From NCBI GenBank assembly GCA_958009085.1, contig OY253681.1:186001-250000 (forward strand): a stretch of 64,000 nucleotides of DNA, read 5' to 3'. Source of the stretch: Protoeuglena noctilucae (lineage: Eukaryota). Numbering within the stretch: the stretch's first letter is position 1; every line of letters begins with the position of its first letter. Positions 1-12,667 of this stretch are shown piece after piece. Made by a program: the position numbers and the translations under genes. The notes beneath the pieces were generated by a model that worked only from the letters and a program-made list of their open reading frames with translations, was not told the origin of the DNA and made no database searches.

Positions 1-923
1 CTGGCCATCCTGAGCCATCTCTTGTCCGTCTTTTCCCCGGGGGGCAACAGGGCCGCTCGACAGGCACGGCGGGCGCCCGCCAGCAAGCGCCCGCCGCCCG
101 CCACGCTGCCCGAGCCGGGGTCGCTGGGAGAGCAGGCGAGGCAGCGGCATCGTCACTCGCATCCCGGCGTGAATCGCAACAGCGCCGCGAGGGTCTTGCA
201 ACCGGTCTGCCGCGTCACTGCCCCAGGTGTATCGCAAGGGCCGGCTTCTGTCGCGCGTCACGCTGTCCTTGCCCGGGACCGTGCTGACCCAGAGCACCCC
301 AGCCGAGCTCAGCCGGGGGGCGTCGCTGGTGCCGTCGGGGGCGGAGATCGTGCGATGGCTGTGCGCCGCGACGGACTTGTATTTGATGGCTGAAGTGGGG
401 GACGACGCTGCAGAGGCGCACGTGCGGGGGTGCTTGGAGGCCGCGGGGTGAGGGCAGAGGCGACCATCGGCGCTGCGGGACGCGAGGGATTGTTAACGAA
501 TGTTTGTTTCTCGTTCTCTTACCTCTCAGGGTCGTGGGGGACAAGGCGGGGCAGGTGCCTCGCCACCGGGTCGTCTTTTGCGGGACGGAGGTGGGCAAGA
601 CAAGCATCGTGCGGCAGCTGGAGCCGGAGCTCCACGTGGACGCATCGCGAGACACCGTCTCGGCGCTCCAGTGAGTAGGAATGCGTTGGTGTGCGGCTGG
701 CGGCATCACCTCAGAGATTGCCTGGCTCCGTCATCGGATACTTGGTTGCTTAAGTGAAGCTTGTTGGGTCCTCGTCAAGCCCTAAGCACGTTTCCTGCAT
801 CTCTCTCGCAGGCGCTTCCTACCCCAGTTGCTGCTGGTGGTTTCTAAGGATGAGGGCGGGCCCGCAACAGTGGCACCGAACATCGGCAGGGCCACGTCTC
901 TCGTGGACTACTTCAGGCACTGA
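1..923 (+). CDS. PEX22: Peroxisome biogenesis protein 22 (5'-truncated, spliced)
   Basis: Spliced exons read ...DLYLMAEVGDDAAEAHVRGCLEAAG / ...RVVFCGTEVGKTSIVRQLEPELHVD / RFLPQLL...DYFRH*. This matches the plant PEX22 pattern DLYLME...VLFCSTEIGRTSFVRQLEPDWHID. Stop TGA at 921-923. Confidence 0.8.
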
Positions 924-939
924 CTCAGGGAGTTTGCTA

Positions 940-944
940 TTACA
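940..944 (-). terminator. Putative chlorophyte poly(A) signal TGTAA for the kinase gene
   Basis: TTACA on + (TGTAA on -), about 280 nt downstream of the inferred stop at 1223. TGTAA is the known Chlamydomonas-type signal. Confidence 0.35.
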
Positions 945-1222
945 GGGTGGGTAGCGCGTGGTGCGGCAGGGCCTTTGTCGTGGGACTGCGGACTGGGGCA
1001 CTGCAAGGGGATGCGTGATGGCTGGGGGCATTGTTTGCCGTCGTTGTGGCATGAGGCGCGAGGCTGGGCTGCGATTTGACATGCCCAGTGAGGGGTCGAC
1101 GTAGGCTGCGTCCCCGCTGTGCCCGTGAGTCTCGACGGCGCTTTCAAACACGCAACGCCACGCAAGTCACAGTCGCAGTCACATGGTCTCCGCCCGTGCC
1201 AGACCCCCGTGCCAATGCGCCG

Positions 1223-4200
1223 TCAGAAACGCAGCGCCGCGATGGCCGCGTCCAGGCCAGGGTCGTTTTTCACGGTCGCAGGCTCGCCCTTGGCCCCAGC
1301 CCTGACAGCACCATCGCCCTTGCCGACCCCCTGCATATGTGACCCCACTTCCTCCGCACCTGGCCGCTGCGCCCACCCCGCCACGCCTCCCGACGCGGGG
1401 CCCACCCCGCCGCCAACCTGGGCCGGGACTGCGGCCGGGACATCCCCAAACAGGAACCGCCCCGGCGGCACCAGCGGAGTCGATGAGGCGAGGGCGGCCT
1501 GGCTGGGCTCTGCTCTCCAGGCATCGGATGAGGGCCGGGGGCGCTTGGCCTGGGGAGCCTGCCCCGAGGCGTCCGTGTCGCGGGTGCGCGGCAGCAGGGG
1601 ATTGGGCGTCTGGGGTCCCTGCGAGGGAGGTGCACGCGCGGGCGATGCCCGGTGTGCTCTCGTAGGCACGGTGTGTAACGGCAATCGCAAGGAGGGCGTG
1701 GCTCGGGGTGAGGGTGCAAGCAATGGTAGCGCAACTGCACGTGCCATGGGCAGAGAACAGGGCAGCGGCGGCTTTGTGTGACTGGATGGCAGTGGCTGGC
1801 GCTCACGCTGGCGGTGGCCTGGGACGGCCGGGGCGTGCCCCCAATGACGCGGAATCCCCGGCTCGCGTTGGTTTCCGACAGCGAAAAGGCCCCGCCCTGG
1901 CCCACCCTGCGGCAGAGGGAGCGCCAAGCTACTAGCACCACGCTACTAGCACGAGACGCACACTCGCGTCACACTGCCAACATGACAGGTGTCAATGCTG
2001 GTGCGCACAGGGTAGCTCGAGAGAACGCGTCGACGCTGGCAGTGCTCTCAACTGCACCCCCCCTATGCATCCATTCCGTCCCCTCCAAACCCCCCACTTC
2101 ACGCCCCATCACGCGTGTCACCCCAACGCCGCTCACCTGGCCGTCCCCACGTCGGCTTCCCCAGTGCCCCCCACCACCCTGTGCGCGCGGAACTTGCTGT
2201 GGATGCGCTTCCGCACCCCCCGCTCCTCCTCCACCGTCAGCTCCTGCCCCGCGGCCCCACGCACGCCGTCCAGCGCCACGGCCCCGTCCTCGTCCGTCTC
2301 CGGTGCCAGTATGCTCAAGACATGGCCCCGATCCGACTCTCTTGCTTCCGCCTGCGCCGCGTGTGCCTGGGCCCCAGCCATGGCCGGCAAGGCGGCGCGG
2401 GCATCCCCACCCGCCCTCTCTCGCACCACGACCTCCTGGCCAGAGCCAGCCAGAGACCCCTGCGCTGCCTGTCCGGTGGGCCCGACTAGCAGCGGCGCCG
2501 CCTGTGCGGCGGGTGCGGCAGGCGCCACAGGTACGCCTGGCAGCGGGAGCCACCGTGCCAGCCACGAGGCCAGCCCTCCCCGCGACGGCGCCGCCTCCTC
2601 GATCGCCGGCTGCGGCGCGCGCTCCTCGCGCTTCAGGGATGGCACTGCCCGCCCTGGGTCGCCGGTGAGGGGTCGCGGTGGGGCGGGCGAGGGCGCACGG
2701 TGCCGAGGCGGGGACGGCGCTGCGTCGCCTCCCGATGCGATGTGCTGCTCGGAGGAGCTGTGGCGCGCCACCTGCGCGGGGTGGAAGCCTTAGGGTGAGG
2801 GAACATGACCAGCCACACCATGTGTTGCCGTATGCACGAAGCCCCGACGGGGGGTGCCATGGATAACCGATTGCGTGACAAGGTGAGTGATGACAGGGCA
2901 CAACTGGCACCATGTCTGACACCGGCCTACCCCTCGCAGCCCTGCACCGTCACCTTGGCCAGGTAGCGCGCGTAGGCGCGGGCGTTGTGGTTGAGCCAGG
3001 TGTCGTGGTACACCACATCCAACGGGGGCCGCATTTCTGGGTTGGTGCTGAGGAGGCGGTCGATGAAGAGACGCAGGCCGATGGACGTGTTGCTGGGGAA
3101 CGGCTGGCGACGGTTTGCCCTGCAAGCGTAGACGGGGCGAGACGCGTAGCGCTAGCAAGGGCTGGGACTCCATTCCAGGGCAGGGGGCTCCTGGTACATG
3201 ACGCGCACAAACTGGTCACCACCTCTGCTGCCTTGCACCCCACCCAACTCCTGCACGTGATCATGCGCCAGCCTGGCTCCTGCTACATGCGCGGCTTGCA
3301 ACCCTCCTCCGGTCTCACCGGATGTTCTCGACGGTTCGAATGCTGTTGTTGCGATTCTCGGGGTCCTCGAATGGGTACTTGCCCGTGCACAGCAGGAAGG
3401 CCATCACCCCCACCGCCCACGCGTCGACCTTCCGGGCGTCGTACAGCCCCGCACGCTCACGGCCCGGCAGCGGCCGCGTGTAGGGGCCGCCCAGCAGGAG
3501 CTGCGGGCACAGATCGGGTCTCCCACCCACGGTGGTTAAACTGTACACCAGTCAGCGTGCCTTGTATGTGACTGAGGTCGGTTTGGTTCCCGCACCGCTC
3601 ACCCCGAGCGCATGATCCCTCATAGCTGTCTCCCCACTAGCTGCAGTCTCACAACGATCCTGTCACTGACAGCATACCTTCCCTCACCTCGGGCGCCATG
3701 TAGTCGGGCGTGCCGACCTGCAGAGTCTCTGCGGTTTCGATTCGCTTGGCGAGCCCAAAGTCCACGATCTTGCTCTGCCACGTGGCGCGCTCGACCACCA
3801 CGTTCTCCGGCTTGATGTCCCGGTGGCACATGCCCCGCGAGTGCAGCACGAGGATCCCCTGGATGACCTGCGAGGGTTGCACATACGGTGTTGCATGTGA
3901 CGACGGCAGCCTGCTTGTACGCAAGGCCATGTGCCACGTGCTGGCGGCGTTGGTTGCGTGTGGGCCTGGTGTTGGTGGCGCACAGGGGCACAAGGCATGC
4001 TCACATGCATCCTGCCTGTCATCACGACTGACCCCTCGCATCAGTCCAGCATCGGTGCCCTACCTGCCAGCGCTCTCACCTGGCGCAGGTAGTAGGCCGC
4101 CATGTCCTCAGGCATGATGCCCCCGCACTCATTGAGCAGGTCCAGGAGATCCGGGCCACGTACCAGCTCCAGCACCAGGCACAGCTGCACCCCCTCGGCA

Positions 4201-4639
4201 AAAACGTCCAGCAGTCGGACGACGCGGGGGTGGTCGATGGAGCTGGCCAGGGCGATCTCGCGCTTGATCAGGTGCATGGGCGGCGTGTTGGTGCCGGCCT
4301 TGGCGTTCACTGCCTGCGGAGGGCACTAGGTGAGGCATTGGAACTCGATGCGACATGCAGACCACTGCGTCAGGATTCGCTGGTCCAGCAAAAAGGGACG
4401 ACTGGAGCTGCGCCTGCTGAGTGTCCCGTGGCTTATATCGACGCCGGCTGCCTCAGCCCGCGGCTCGCCTTGAGAGCGACGTGCGTCCCTGGGTTGTGGC
4501 GGTCTTCCGCCTCGTACACCGTCGCAGTGCCGCCCGTGTTGAGCAGCCGGATGACGACATAGCGGCCTCCCTTCAACTGGTCCCCGAATACGAAGGGCGC
4601 GTTGCCCTTGCGGGCCGGCGTGAGCTCAGCGGAGCTCAT
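1223..4639 (-). CDS. Ser/Thr protein kinase (CAMK/SnRK2-like) with a low-complexity C-terminal tail, multi-exon
   Basis: Exons encode LNTGGTATV, VALK|AV, HRDIKPEN, DFGLAK, GTPDYMAPE, DAWAVGV and RLLSTNPEMRP. Start and last exons are uncertain. Confidence 0.85.
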
Positions 4640-5039
4640 GGGCTCACCGAGCCTGGGTCGGGGTCGCGAGTCGCGGAGAGGGTCCAGCGTTCAGCTGCGG
4701 CATGCCACATAGAGTCTCACGGCCCATGGGGGGCACGAACGCTCGGGCATCGCGCCACGTCGGAGGGAAAAGCGGGGACAACGAGTTCTCGGAGCAGCGC
4801 GAATGCGGCGCGCTTCCTGCACAATTGCGGCGCACGATGCGTTCGATGAAGTTAAAACCAGAAAACGCCCTTCGCGCGAGGCTATCGCGCGGAGATGGCG
4901 AGTCTTGGAGGCGCGCGGCCCCAAAGACCGTTGGACTCCCCGAGAGGGACTGCATCGACAGCGCTGCGGGTGCGGCCAGAAAACGCTACCCGAAACTTGC
5001 TGTCATCAAAACTTGACGTGGAGAAGCGCGACGTGCGTC

Positions 5040-6702
5040 TCATACAGCCTTGGCGGGCTTCAAGGTCGAGCCCAGGGCCCCCGACCAGGACTGCGGGGGC
5101 GGGCGTTCGGTGCGCATGGTTAGCTGGCGCCGCAGTCGCCGGGCCTACCCATCGCACATCACGTCACAGCGGAGCCAGCACGCACCTGCCAGTTGTACAG
5201 CACCAGGCCGGCCAGCAGCGCGGCCCCTCCGGCGAAGAACTGGGGCCCGAGCGCGGGGGAGGGACCGAGCAGCGGAATGGGGAACGTGAAGGCGAGGACG
5301 GTGAGTGGCACGACGCAGCTCATGACCAGGCTGCGGTGCGGTGCGGTGGGCGGCGCGGTCATTGCAGTCGCGGTAAGGCGGCATCAGGCATGTCGCTGCT
5401 GTCCACAGAGGGCGGGGTCACATCCAACCGGGCCGACAGGAAGCCGAGATGTGTCCTCTATGCAAGTCCGCCCCCACCACCGGCAGCTCACCTGACGACG
5501 AGGGCGCCCGACTTGCGCAGGGTCGCAAGGAGGGTGACGTTCATGGCGAGGTTGGCAGCGACGTAGAGCAGCGGCACGAGGGGCGTGGCGGGGCACGCGG
5601 GGTCGAGTCCCGCGAAGCACCGGATGCCGGCGGTCACGTATCCCGGCAGGTCGGCGAGCGTCAGCCCGCGCAGATGGTTCATCACGGGCAGGAGGAGCAG
5701 CGTGAAGGTGGCCTGCGCGAGGCTCGAGTAGGAGTTGACGACAAAGATGTCAATGTTGCGGCCCAGCTTGGCCTGCGCGTCCTTGAAGAAGCCCTCCTTG
5801 ACGACCGAGCTCAGGGCGGGGAAGGCCATGGACGCCATCACGAGCGCCGCGGGCAGGAGGGGGACCTGGAGGGCCGAGGGAGCCTTGCTGGGCCACCCCA
5901 CTGCGGCGCAGGGGGTGAGGGAGGGGTGGTGCTGGGGGAGGGGTGGCGCGAACGAGGGCTAGACGAGGGCACAGTCATGGACTGTGCGATGGTGCTGCAC
6001 GCTAAAACAGGATATCTAGAACACCCCTGCGGAGGTCTTGCACGCTGCCCCTCACCGATGAGCACGCCGCCCACGACCGCCAGCACTCCCAGGTACTGTG
6101 TGAGCGAGAAGCGCTTCTGCAGGAGCGTCTGGGCGAAGAGCACCTGCCACAGGATGGCCGTCTGCCCGACGAGCGGCAGCACCACGCCCGGCAGACTGGC
6201 GGCCCCCACCATCCCTGCGGGCGCCAGACGCCGCGTGCGTGTCGCCATTGTCAGCACCTGCAGCTCTGTCTCCTGCCTCTCGGCCGCAGTTCTCACCTAT
6301 CAAGAGTCCCACGGCGTCCAGGGCCCCCACGAGCCACAGCCTGGCCCGGGGGATGGCGAGCATCTCGTCCGTGACCAGCCCGACCCGGCGGCGCGTGCCC
6401 AGCGCCGCAAAGTAGACGGCCAGGTAGGCCAGGGTGTTGAACTGGGACAGGAAGTACGTGTAGTCGCGCAGGGGCACGAGGGCCACCTTGTAGAGTACGC
6501 GATTGAGCACGCCAAAGACCAAGCCGCCGACCACCAAGACCGGGACACCCGCACTGTCGAGCATGTCGGGCTTGACCTTGCTGTTGGTTGCGGGAGACGC
6601 GCGCTCGCTGCTCGGTCCGGGGCCCGCGCCCTCCTCTGCAACGGGGGCAGCCTCTTGCACCGAGAGGGGTCCCTCCTGCAGTGAGGCGATGGCTGGCGTC
6701 AT
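5040..6702 (-). CDS. CLT: CRT-like (chloroquine-resistance transporter-like) membrane transporter
   Basis: GVLNRVLYKVALVPLRDYTYFLSQFNTLAYLAVYF...VTDEMLAIP, LPLVGQTAILWQ, DIFVVNSYSSLAQ and LVMSCVVPLTVLAF are plant CLT motifs. Multiple hydrophobic segments across GT-AG exons. Confidence 0.88.
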
Positions 6703-7418
6703 CCTCTCGTCAAGAGCACAGGGCGCGCCTCCTACCCAGCCGCAGAATCGTCAGTTGAATGCATCCAAAACCATTCCTCCCTGGCCTCCAGCATTATGGG
6801 TGGGGCGGGCACCAAGCCACCCATGCCCCTCACGCTTTTCGGACGCCCTCCCGCGCCATCCGTCTCACCTCTTCAGCAGTACGGGCAGCACCGGAGCTCA
6901 GGCAAACAACCCGGCGCTTTTCATGTCGCGGCTGTCGCAGCGGGGCCAGAGCCGCGACGAGGCCCGGTGTCGTGGATGACGAGATGCAGCCAGCCTTGCA
7001 CAAGGTAGCAGAGAGTTGCCCAACGCGGGCGGCCTCGTTCACTACACGAGTGAATGCTTTGGGATTAGCCGGGCCAGCCAGCGCCATACTGCTGGCTGAG
7101 TGGTCGGGACTGGCTAGCTTGAAGCACAACGATTCAAAATGGCTCGCTGAGCATGCCGATTCTCTCGTCGAAATTGCTGAGTATGGGGGGCAGCGTCCTG
7201 CGACGGAGTGGTCGGGCACGCGGGGAATTCTGGAAACGCGAATTCTGACAAGTGCATTTCCTCCGGCCGGCGACCGCGACGCTCCGCAGTGATCCACGCG
7301 GCAGATGTGCTAGCAAGGAGTGGCGGGGCGCTTTCGCGGTGGGCTTCGCCTTCTCCTTCGACCCCCAGGGCCTCTCTCGCCACATGGCCCGGCGCGGATC
7401 GCGATCGCGCGACCGGTG

Positions 7419-9798
7419 ATGCAGGCGCTTCACGATGCCGTCTGCCTGGTGAGTGCCAAATGCCGGGCCGAGCCGAGCATAGGAGGAGGCGACCGCAATG
7501 CCGCACCGAGCGATCAGGACGGCGCTGTGCCCGCTCCTGTGGCTGGATGCTGCGCCCCGATTGCCCGCCTCCGCATTTGCAGGCTGCACCGCCATCTCGG
7601 CCGTGCGCTGGGGCAGCCTGCCGCGCTCCCGCCGCGGATCGGGGAGCGAGGCGTCGCGGGGGATGGCAGTGGGTGGGCCAGCCGAGGCGGGTGCGCGTCG
7701 CGGCCGGCGATCTGGCAGGCGCGACGGGCGCCGTGGAGTCTGTGACAACCATCGCAAATGTAGGTTCCATCGCGAGCCTGACAGGGCCCGTGGTGCAGGT
7801 GCTGGGCGACATGGCCAACGGCAGTCCACCGGTGCTGGGCCCCCTTGTGGCCCTTTTGGCCGAGGACGTCGCCAACGTCACCTCCCTCAACTTCGGTGCG
7901 TTTGCGGAATGCCCATCGACGCCTCGGCTTGGATGCGCGCTCCTCCTGGGGCGAGCTCGCGCTTCGCCCGACAAAACACAACGCTGTTTCTCCCCTGCCC
8001 AGTCCCGGAGTCACTTCTGCACCTGGGCCCCGTATACTACGCGTTCCTCATGCGACCCTCGCCCTTCTGGGCTATGGTGGACTACTTCCTGTTCTCTCCG
8101 CTGTCCACGCTCGCACAGGCGAGTGTGGCCAGGGCCAGCCCCGTGCCCGGCCTCCTGTGCCCGGCGCCTTCCTCTGCCCACCCCGGCATTCCGACATTCC
8201 TGCGTGTCCTTCTCCGCCCTCGCAGGCTAAGTGGGGCCCTGAGGACTTCTCGCTGCGGGATCGTTTGGGGGGCGGGAACTACGGGGTCACCTACGAGGCC
8301 GTGAGGAGGGTGAACGGTGCGAAGGTCACGGGGCAGGAGCTGACGGCTGAGGAGAAGAAGCGACGGGTGGTGCTGAAGAGAGGCGAGCGAGCGAGGGTAG
8401 ACGCGCTGCGTTTGGCGCACGACCCTCCCGGCTGTCGATGGATCACATGGGTCATTGCTGAGATGCCCAGCGTGCCTCCCCCGTTGCAGTGGGAGAGAAG
8501 CGGGGCTCGCAGTCCGTGCGCGCGGACTTCCTGGCGCAGGGCACCATCGCGCGTGGGGTGGCGGAGACGGGGGTGGTCGAGGCGTACATGGGGCGCAAGC
8601 TCAGCCGGGTGCCGCTTGCCCGCGGCCGCGTGGCCGAGTACCTGGGAGACTTTGTCGCGGACTACACGGAGGGCGCGTTCGCGAAGGGTACGCAGTGGCT
8701 CGTGTGGACGTTTGAGTCCGACTCGACGCTCTCCGACGCCCTGGAGGGGGCCCTGGGGCCCTTCCCGGAGTGCCTGCACGAGGCGAGTCGCGCACACCAT
8801 GCTGCGTGCGCAGCCCTGCCCCCGCCTGCACCCTGGGCTGTGCCGACGGGCCCGCGCGTGCGTTGCGGGCGCAGATCATGCTGCGGCGCGAGCCGCCGGC
8901 CAAGTGGGACCAGGAGCGGCGGGATCATGAGACGATCAAGGCCATCATGCGGCAGATCTTCCAGGGCCTCGAGGTCCTGCACGGGGCGGGGATCGTGCAC
9001 CGGGACGTCAAGCCCGAGAACATCCTCGTGACGGTCGAGGGGCGCATCAAGCTCATCGACTTCGGGGCCGCCACGGACCTCTCGACGGGCATCAACTACA
9101 GCCCGCAGTACGGCATGCTGGACCCGCGGTACAGGTGCGGCCGGGCGGTGGCGTTGCGTTGCGAAGTCGGCCGCTGCGTGCTGTCCATGTCCATGTCGGC
9201 TGGGCGCGCCGCGTTCTCGCAGTCCGCCGGAGCAGCTGGTCCTCCCCGCCGAGACGCCCAAGTCCCCGCCGCCCCTGCTGGCCACGCTCTCGGCGCCCTT
9301 CATTTGGCTGTACGGCGCGCCGGATCTGTTTGACACGTACTCGGGTGAGCGTCGGCTGTTTGTGCTCCAAAGTAGCAGGCGCGTTTCGCGATTGGTCGAC
9401 AGCCTGATAAGGCCCGCTCGTCGCTCCTCCCGCAGCGGGGGTCATCTTGGTCCAGATGTCCGTCCCCTCGCTGCGGTCCAAGACGGCGCAGAAGACCTTC
9501 ATCGACGAGTTGATCAAGTGCCAGGCAAGTTCGTGCGCGAGATGGCGGGAACGGGGTTGGAGAGTAAGTGCTCGCATGCCATTACATCGACGCCCCGTGT
9601 CGGCTCGCGCAGTTCGATCTCAAGGCCTGGAGGTCGTCCGGCCTGCCCCGAGCCCGCTTCGCTGACTACAGCCTGCTCGATCGCGCCAACGGCGCGGGGT
9701 GGGACCTCGCCTGTCAGCTCCTGAGCAAGCGCAACAGGCTGAATCGGGGCCGGCTGACGGCGGGTCAGGCGCTGGGGCACCGGTACTTCCGGTCCTGA
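7419..9798 (+). CDS. STN8: Thylakoid-associated Ser/Thr kinase, STN8/STL1-type
   Basis: Transit-peptide-like N-terminus; [78 protein letters not shown]. No STN7-type lumenal Cys pair was seen. Eight introns, four with GC donors. Confidence 0.85.
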
Positions 9799-10053
9799 GC
9801 TAGAAGAGACCTCCTACAAAAGCGTGCTGCACGATAGTTGGGTAGCGTTGCCAGTGCAAGCGCGAGCAGAGACTGAGGTAAAAGGGTGCTGGTGAGCCCG
9901 TTCGCGAGCCGAGGGCGCCCGCCAGACTCACCCGTTGATATGATTGAACATAAAAGAGCTAACGGGTGACTTCCGGGGCCGGAAGGGTGGGGATTAACGG
10001 TCGCGCGAGTTTCCACGATTTCTCCTTCTCGCATCAGGCGCGTCTGGGGAGCA

Positions 10054-10885
10054 TGAGCGTCGTCATCGTAAGCTCTATGGAAACGCGGGATACATTGGCG
10101 GCTACAACGGCGCCTCCATCGGCTCCGTCCGCCGCACAAGGCAAGCCACGATGGCAGCAACGTGGCGCAGTCTCGGGGAGCCAGCGCGCCACAATCGCTC
10201 CAGTTTTCCATTCCCAGGCATCGCGTCCGGATCTAGTGAGAGCTCAGGATCGCAGGGTCAAGCATCCTCCAAGCAAAGGCGGACGCGTCCCCCGTCACGC
10301 GAGGTCGTCGTCTCGTCGGATGAGAGCACAAGCGAGTCCTCATCCACTTCCTCTGAGGAGTCCCAAGACCCGTTATCCGAGGACAGTTTGTCTCAGCCGG
10401 GCTCTGCGCGCACACCCAAGGCTAGCCACTCCGCCCCCACTTCGTCCCACAAGCACCCGTCCGACGTGCGGCAGCCTGTGGGTCCCGACAAGGAGGTCAT
10501 GAGCGACCCGCCGTCACTCTCCTTGGGCCAAGACTTCGATTGGACGGGAGACGGCAGCAGCGCGGGGGAGGACGCGGTCGCTGGCAAGAGCAGCGGCGCC
10601 TCGCCCAGCCGTGCATCCCAGCCGGCCAGTGGCAGTGCCCCCTCCCAGGAGGCGGCCGTCTCCGGCCCGTGCACCGCGCGCAGGGGCATCAAGCGCCGTC
10701 TGGAGCCCGAGTTCGCCGTCGCAGAGGACTCGTTTGCGTCCGCAGCCGCCAGCGCCTCGCTCGGCTCCCCAGAGACGCCGACCCGGGGGCTGTGGGCGTG
10801 CGTCCCGCGCGAGCTGGCAGCTCAGGTCCTCTCAGCCGCTCTGGTGCTCGCTTACATGTACGTCGTGCACCCGGACATTGTTTGA
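10054..10885 (+). CDS. Unknown Ser-rich protein with a single C-terminal transmembrane segment (tail-anchored)
   Basis: ATG at 10054. A probable GC-AG intron at 10141-10217 restores frame into ORF 10151..10885, which ends VLSAALVLAYMYVVHPDIV*. Confidence 0.5.
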
Positions 10886-10952
10886 AAGCACGCGCGGCTG
10901 TTGAAGGGCGCCGCCTCAAACACTGAAACACAACGCATGTGCTGCAGCGCCG

Positions 10953-12667
10953 TCACAGCACTGTTACGTCCAGGATGAGGCTCGTGGGGGTCCAGGGCAC
11001 CCTCACCTGCAGGAACGCAGTCAGGCTGGGGATGTCGAGCAACGTCGCTGGCGTGTTCTCGGGCGCAGGTCAATCTATACCCCTCACACCCCAGTCAGCG
11101 TCACCCAGCCTCACCTGGAATAGCGGATCTCCCAGGCTGAGCAGAATCTTGTCCGTAACGCTGGGCGGCGACTGCCATGCGTCCTGAAAGAAGAATTCGG
11201 TCGTTGACACATCCCGGGCGCCCGCGGCCCGCAGCAGCGCGTCGATGGTGCAAGGGACGAACCGAGGCCAGAAGCGCCCGTCCTCCTCGGCGCGCATCGT
11301 GACCGTGACGTCCAAGTCAGCGGGGCGGAGGGCCCGGACCTGGAAAATACCGCCCTGCAGCCCCAGCGCGGCGTCTGGGCCCTGGCTGGTCGTCGTGGGC
11401 GACTCCTCCGGTGTCATGTCCGATGCAGGCTCGGAAGGGCTTCGCTTAAGCACCCCCTGGGTGACTCCCGTCGAGGGATCCTCCGTGATGGGCAGGGAGC
11501 CAAAGCCCAAGCTCTGCGGAGGACGCGGACGAAGGGACTGGGCTGGGTTGCTATGTGTGGTGCTGCCTCTTGCACTTTGTTGTTGTGTCATCGCCGGGCG
11601 GCGCCCACAGCAAGTGGCTGCAGCCATGCCGGGGGCGGCAATTGGCGAGCGGCGCATGCAGCGACAGCGCATGTGGTGTGGCACTGCATGTGGTGACGAC
11701 ATTGCATAGGGGGCAGCCGCGCATGAGCCCGTCCCGCTTGCGTCTCGCCTTGGCGTTTCCGAGGGAGGGCTGCTCGCCCCAGATGAGAGACCAGGACTGC
11801 AGGTAACCCGCCTGCTGGAGCCTCCCCATGAGGTCCTGCACGGCTGCGGCCGTGGCGGACGCCGGGGCACGGCCCGTAGGCGCAGCGGCAGCCGCTTCCT
11901 GGAGGGCCGCGATCCGCCCCGGCAGGAGACGCCCAGCGACGCGGCGACCGACAGATTGATAGAAGGCCCGGACGTCCTCTGGGTCTGCGAAGCGATAGGG
12001 GCGAGCGGCGGTGCAGAGGATGTGCTTCAGCTGCGTAGTAGAACACATCGACAACACATCGCTGCGTAGGACAACACATCGCTGTTGCGTGGCAGGCGGC
12101 GCTGGGTCGGCACCTTGGACGGTCCGCGCTGCCAGCTTCCAGGTGCAGTAGGAGAGGAACTGGAAGTAGCCCCCGACCCACTTCTCCCCCGTTATCTCTT
12201 GCGGCGTGGCCTTCACGCGCATGTCCGCGTAGACACGCTGGAATCCCGCCATCTCGGACTCCCGCAGCTTCGCCAGGGTACGCTGCATGTCCGCCTCGGG
12301 GCCGTCCCACACCGCCACAAGAGAGTCGTACACGGCGCCAATCAGGGCCGACGCCACCGCGTTGTCCACCCGACGCAGCGCCTGATCGCCTCTGCGACCG
12401 CAGCGCCACCGCCTTGATGGGCGAGAAGGCATGCAGCATCCCAGGCCTTCCAAACCCTGAGCGCGATCCTCACCCCGTCGCCCTGGAGAACTCATCATTG
12501 AAGAAGTCCAGGCCACCTGCACACGCAGGCGCCGCTGCGAGTGCACAGGGCAGCGAGAGCAGCACGGCCCGCCTCGGGGCTGGTGGGGCCGGCTTCTCTG
12601 CTTCCGCCGTAGCACGCACGCATCGCTGTCCTGCAGAAAGAGCGAGAGGGATTGCACATCTCGCCAT
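10953..12667 (-). CDS. Unknown plastid protein, probably thylakoid-lumen targeted (twin-arginine signal)
   Basis: N-terminus MARCAIPLALSAGQRCVRATA...PRRAVLLSLPCALAAAPACA (RR, hydrophobic stretch, AxA). Five exons with consistent phases; last exon VRVPWTPTSLILDVTVL*. Confidence 0.65.

Noticed and set aside
5449..6684. Long antisense ORFs (e.g. 5449..6684, 24485..25966, 54611..56233, 62124..63482)
   Set aside because: They are shadows of high-GC3 coding sequence on the opposite strand and have no recognisable protein features.
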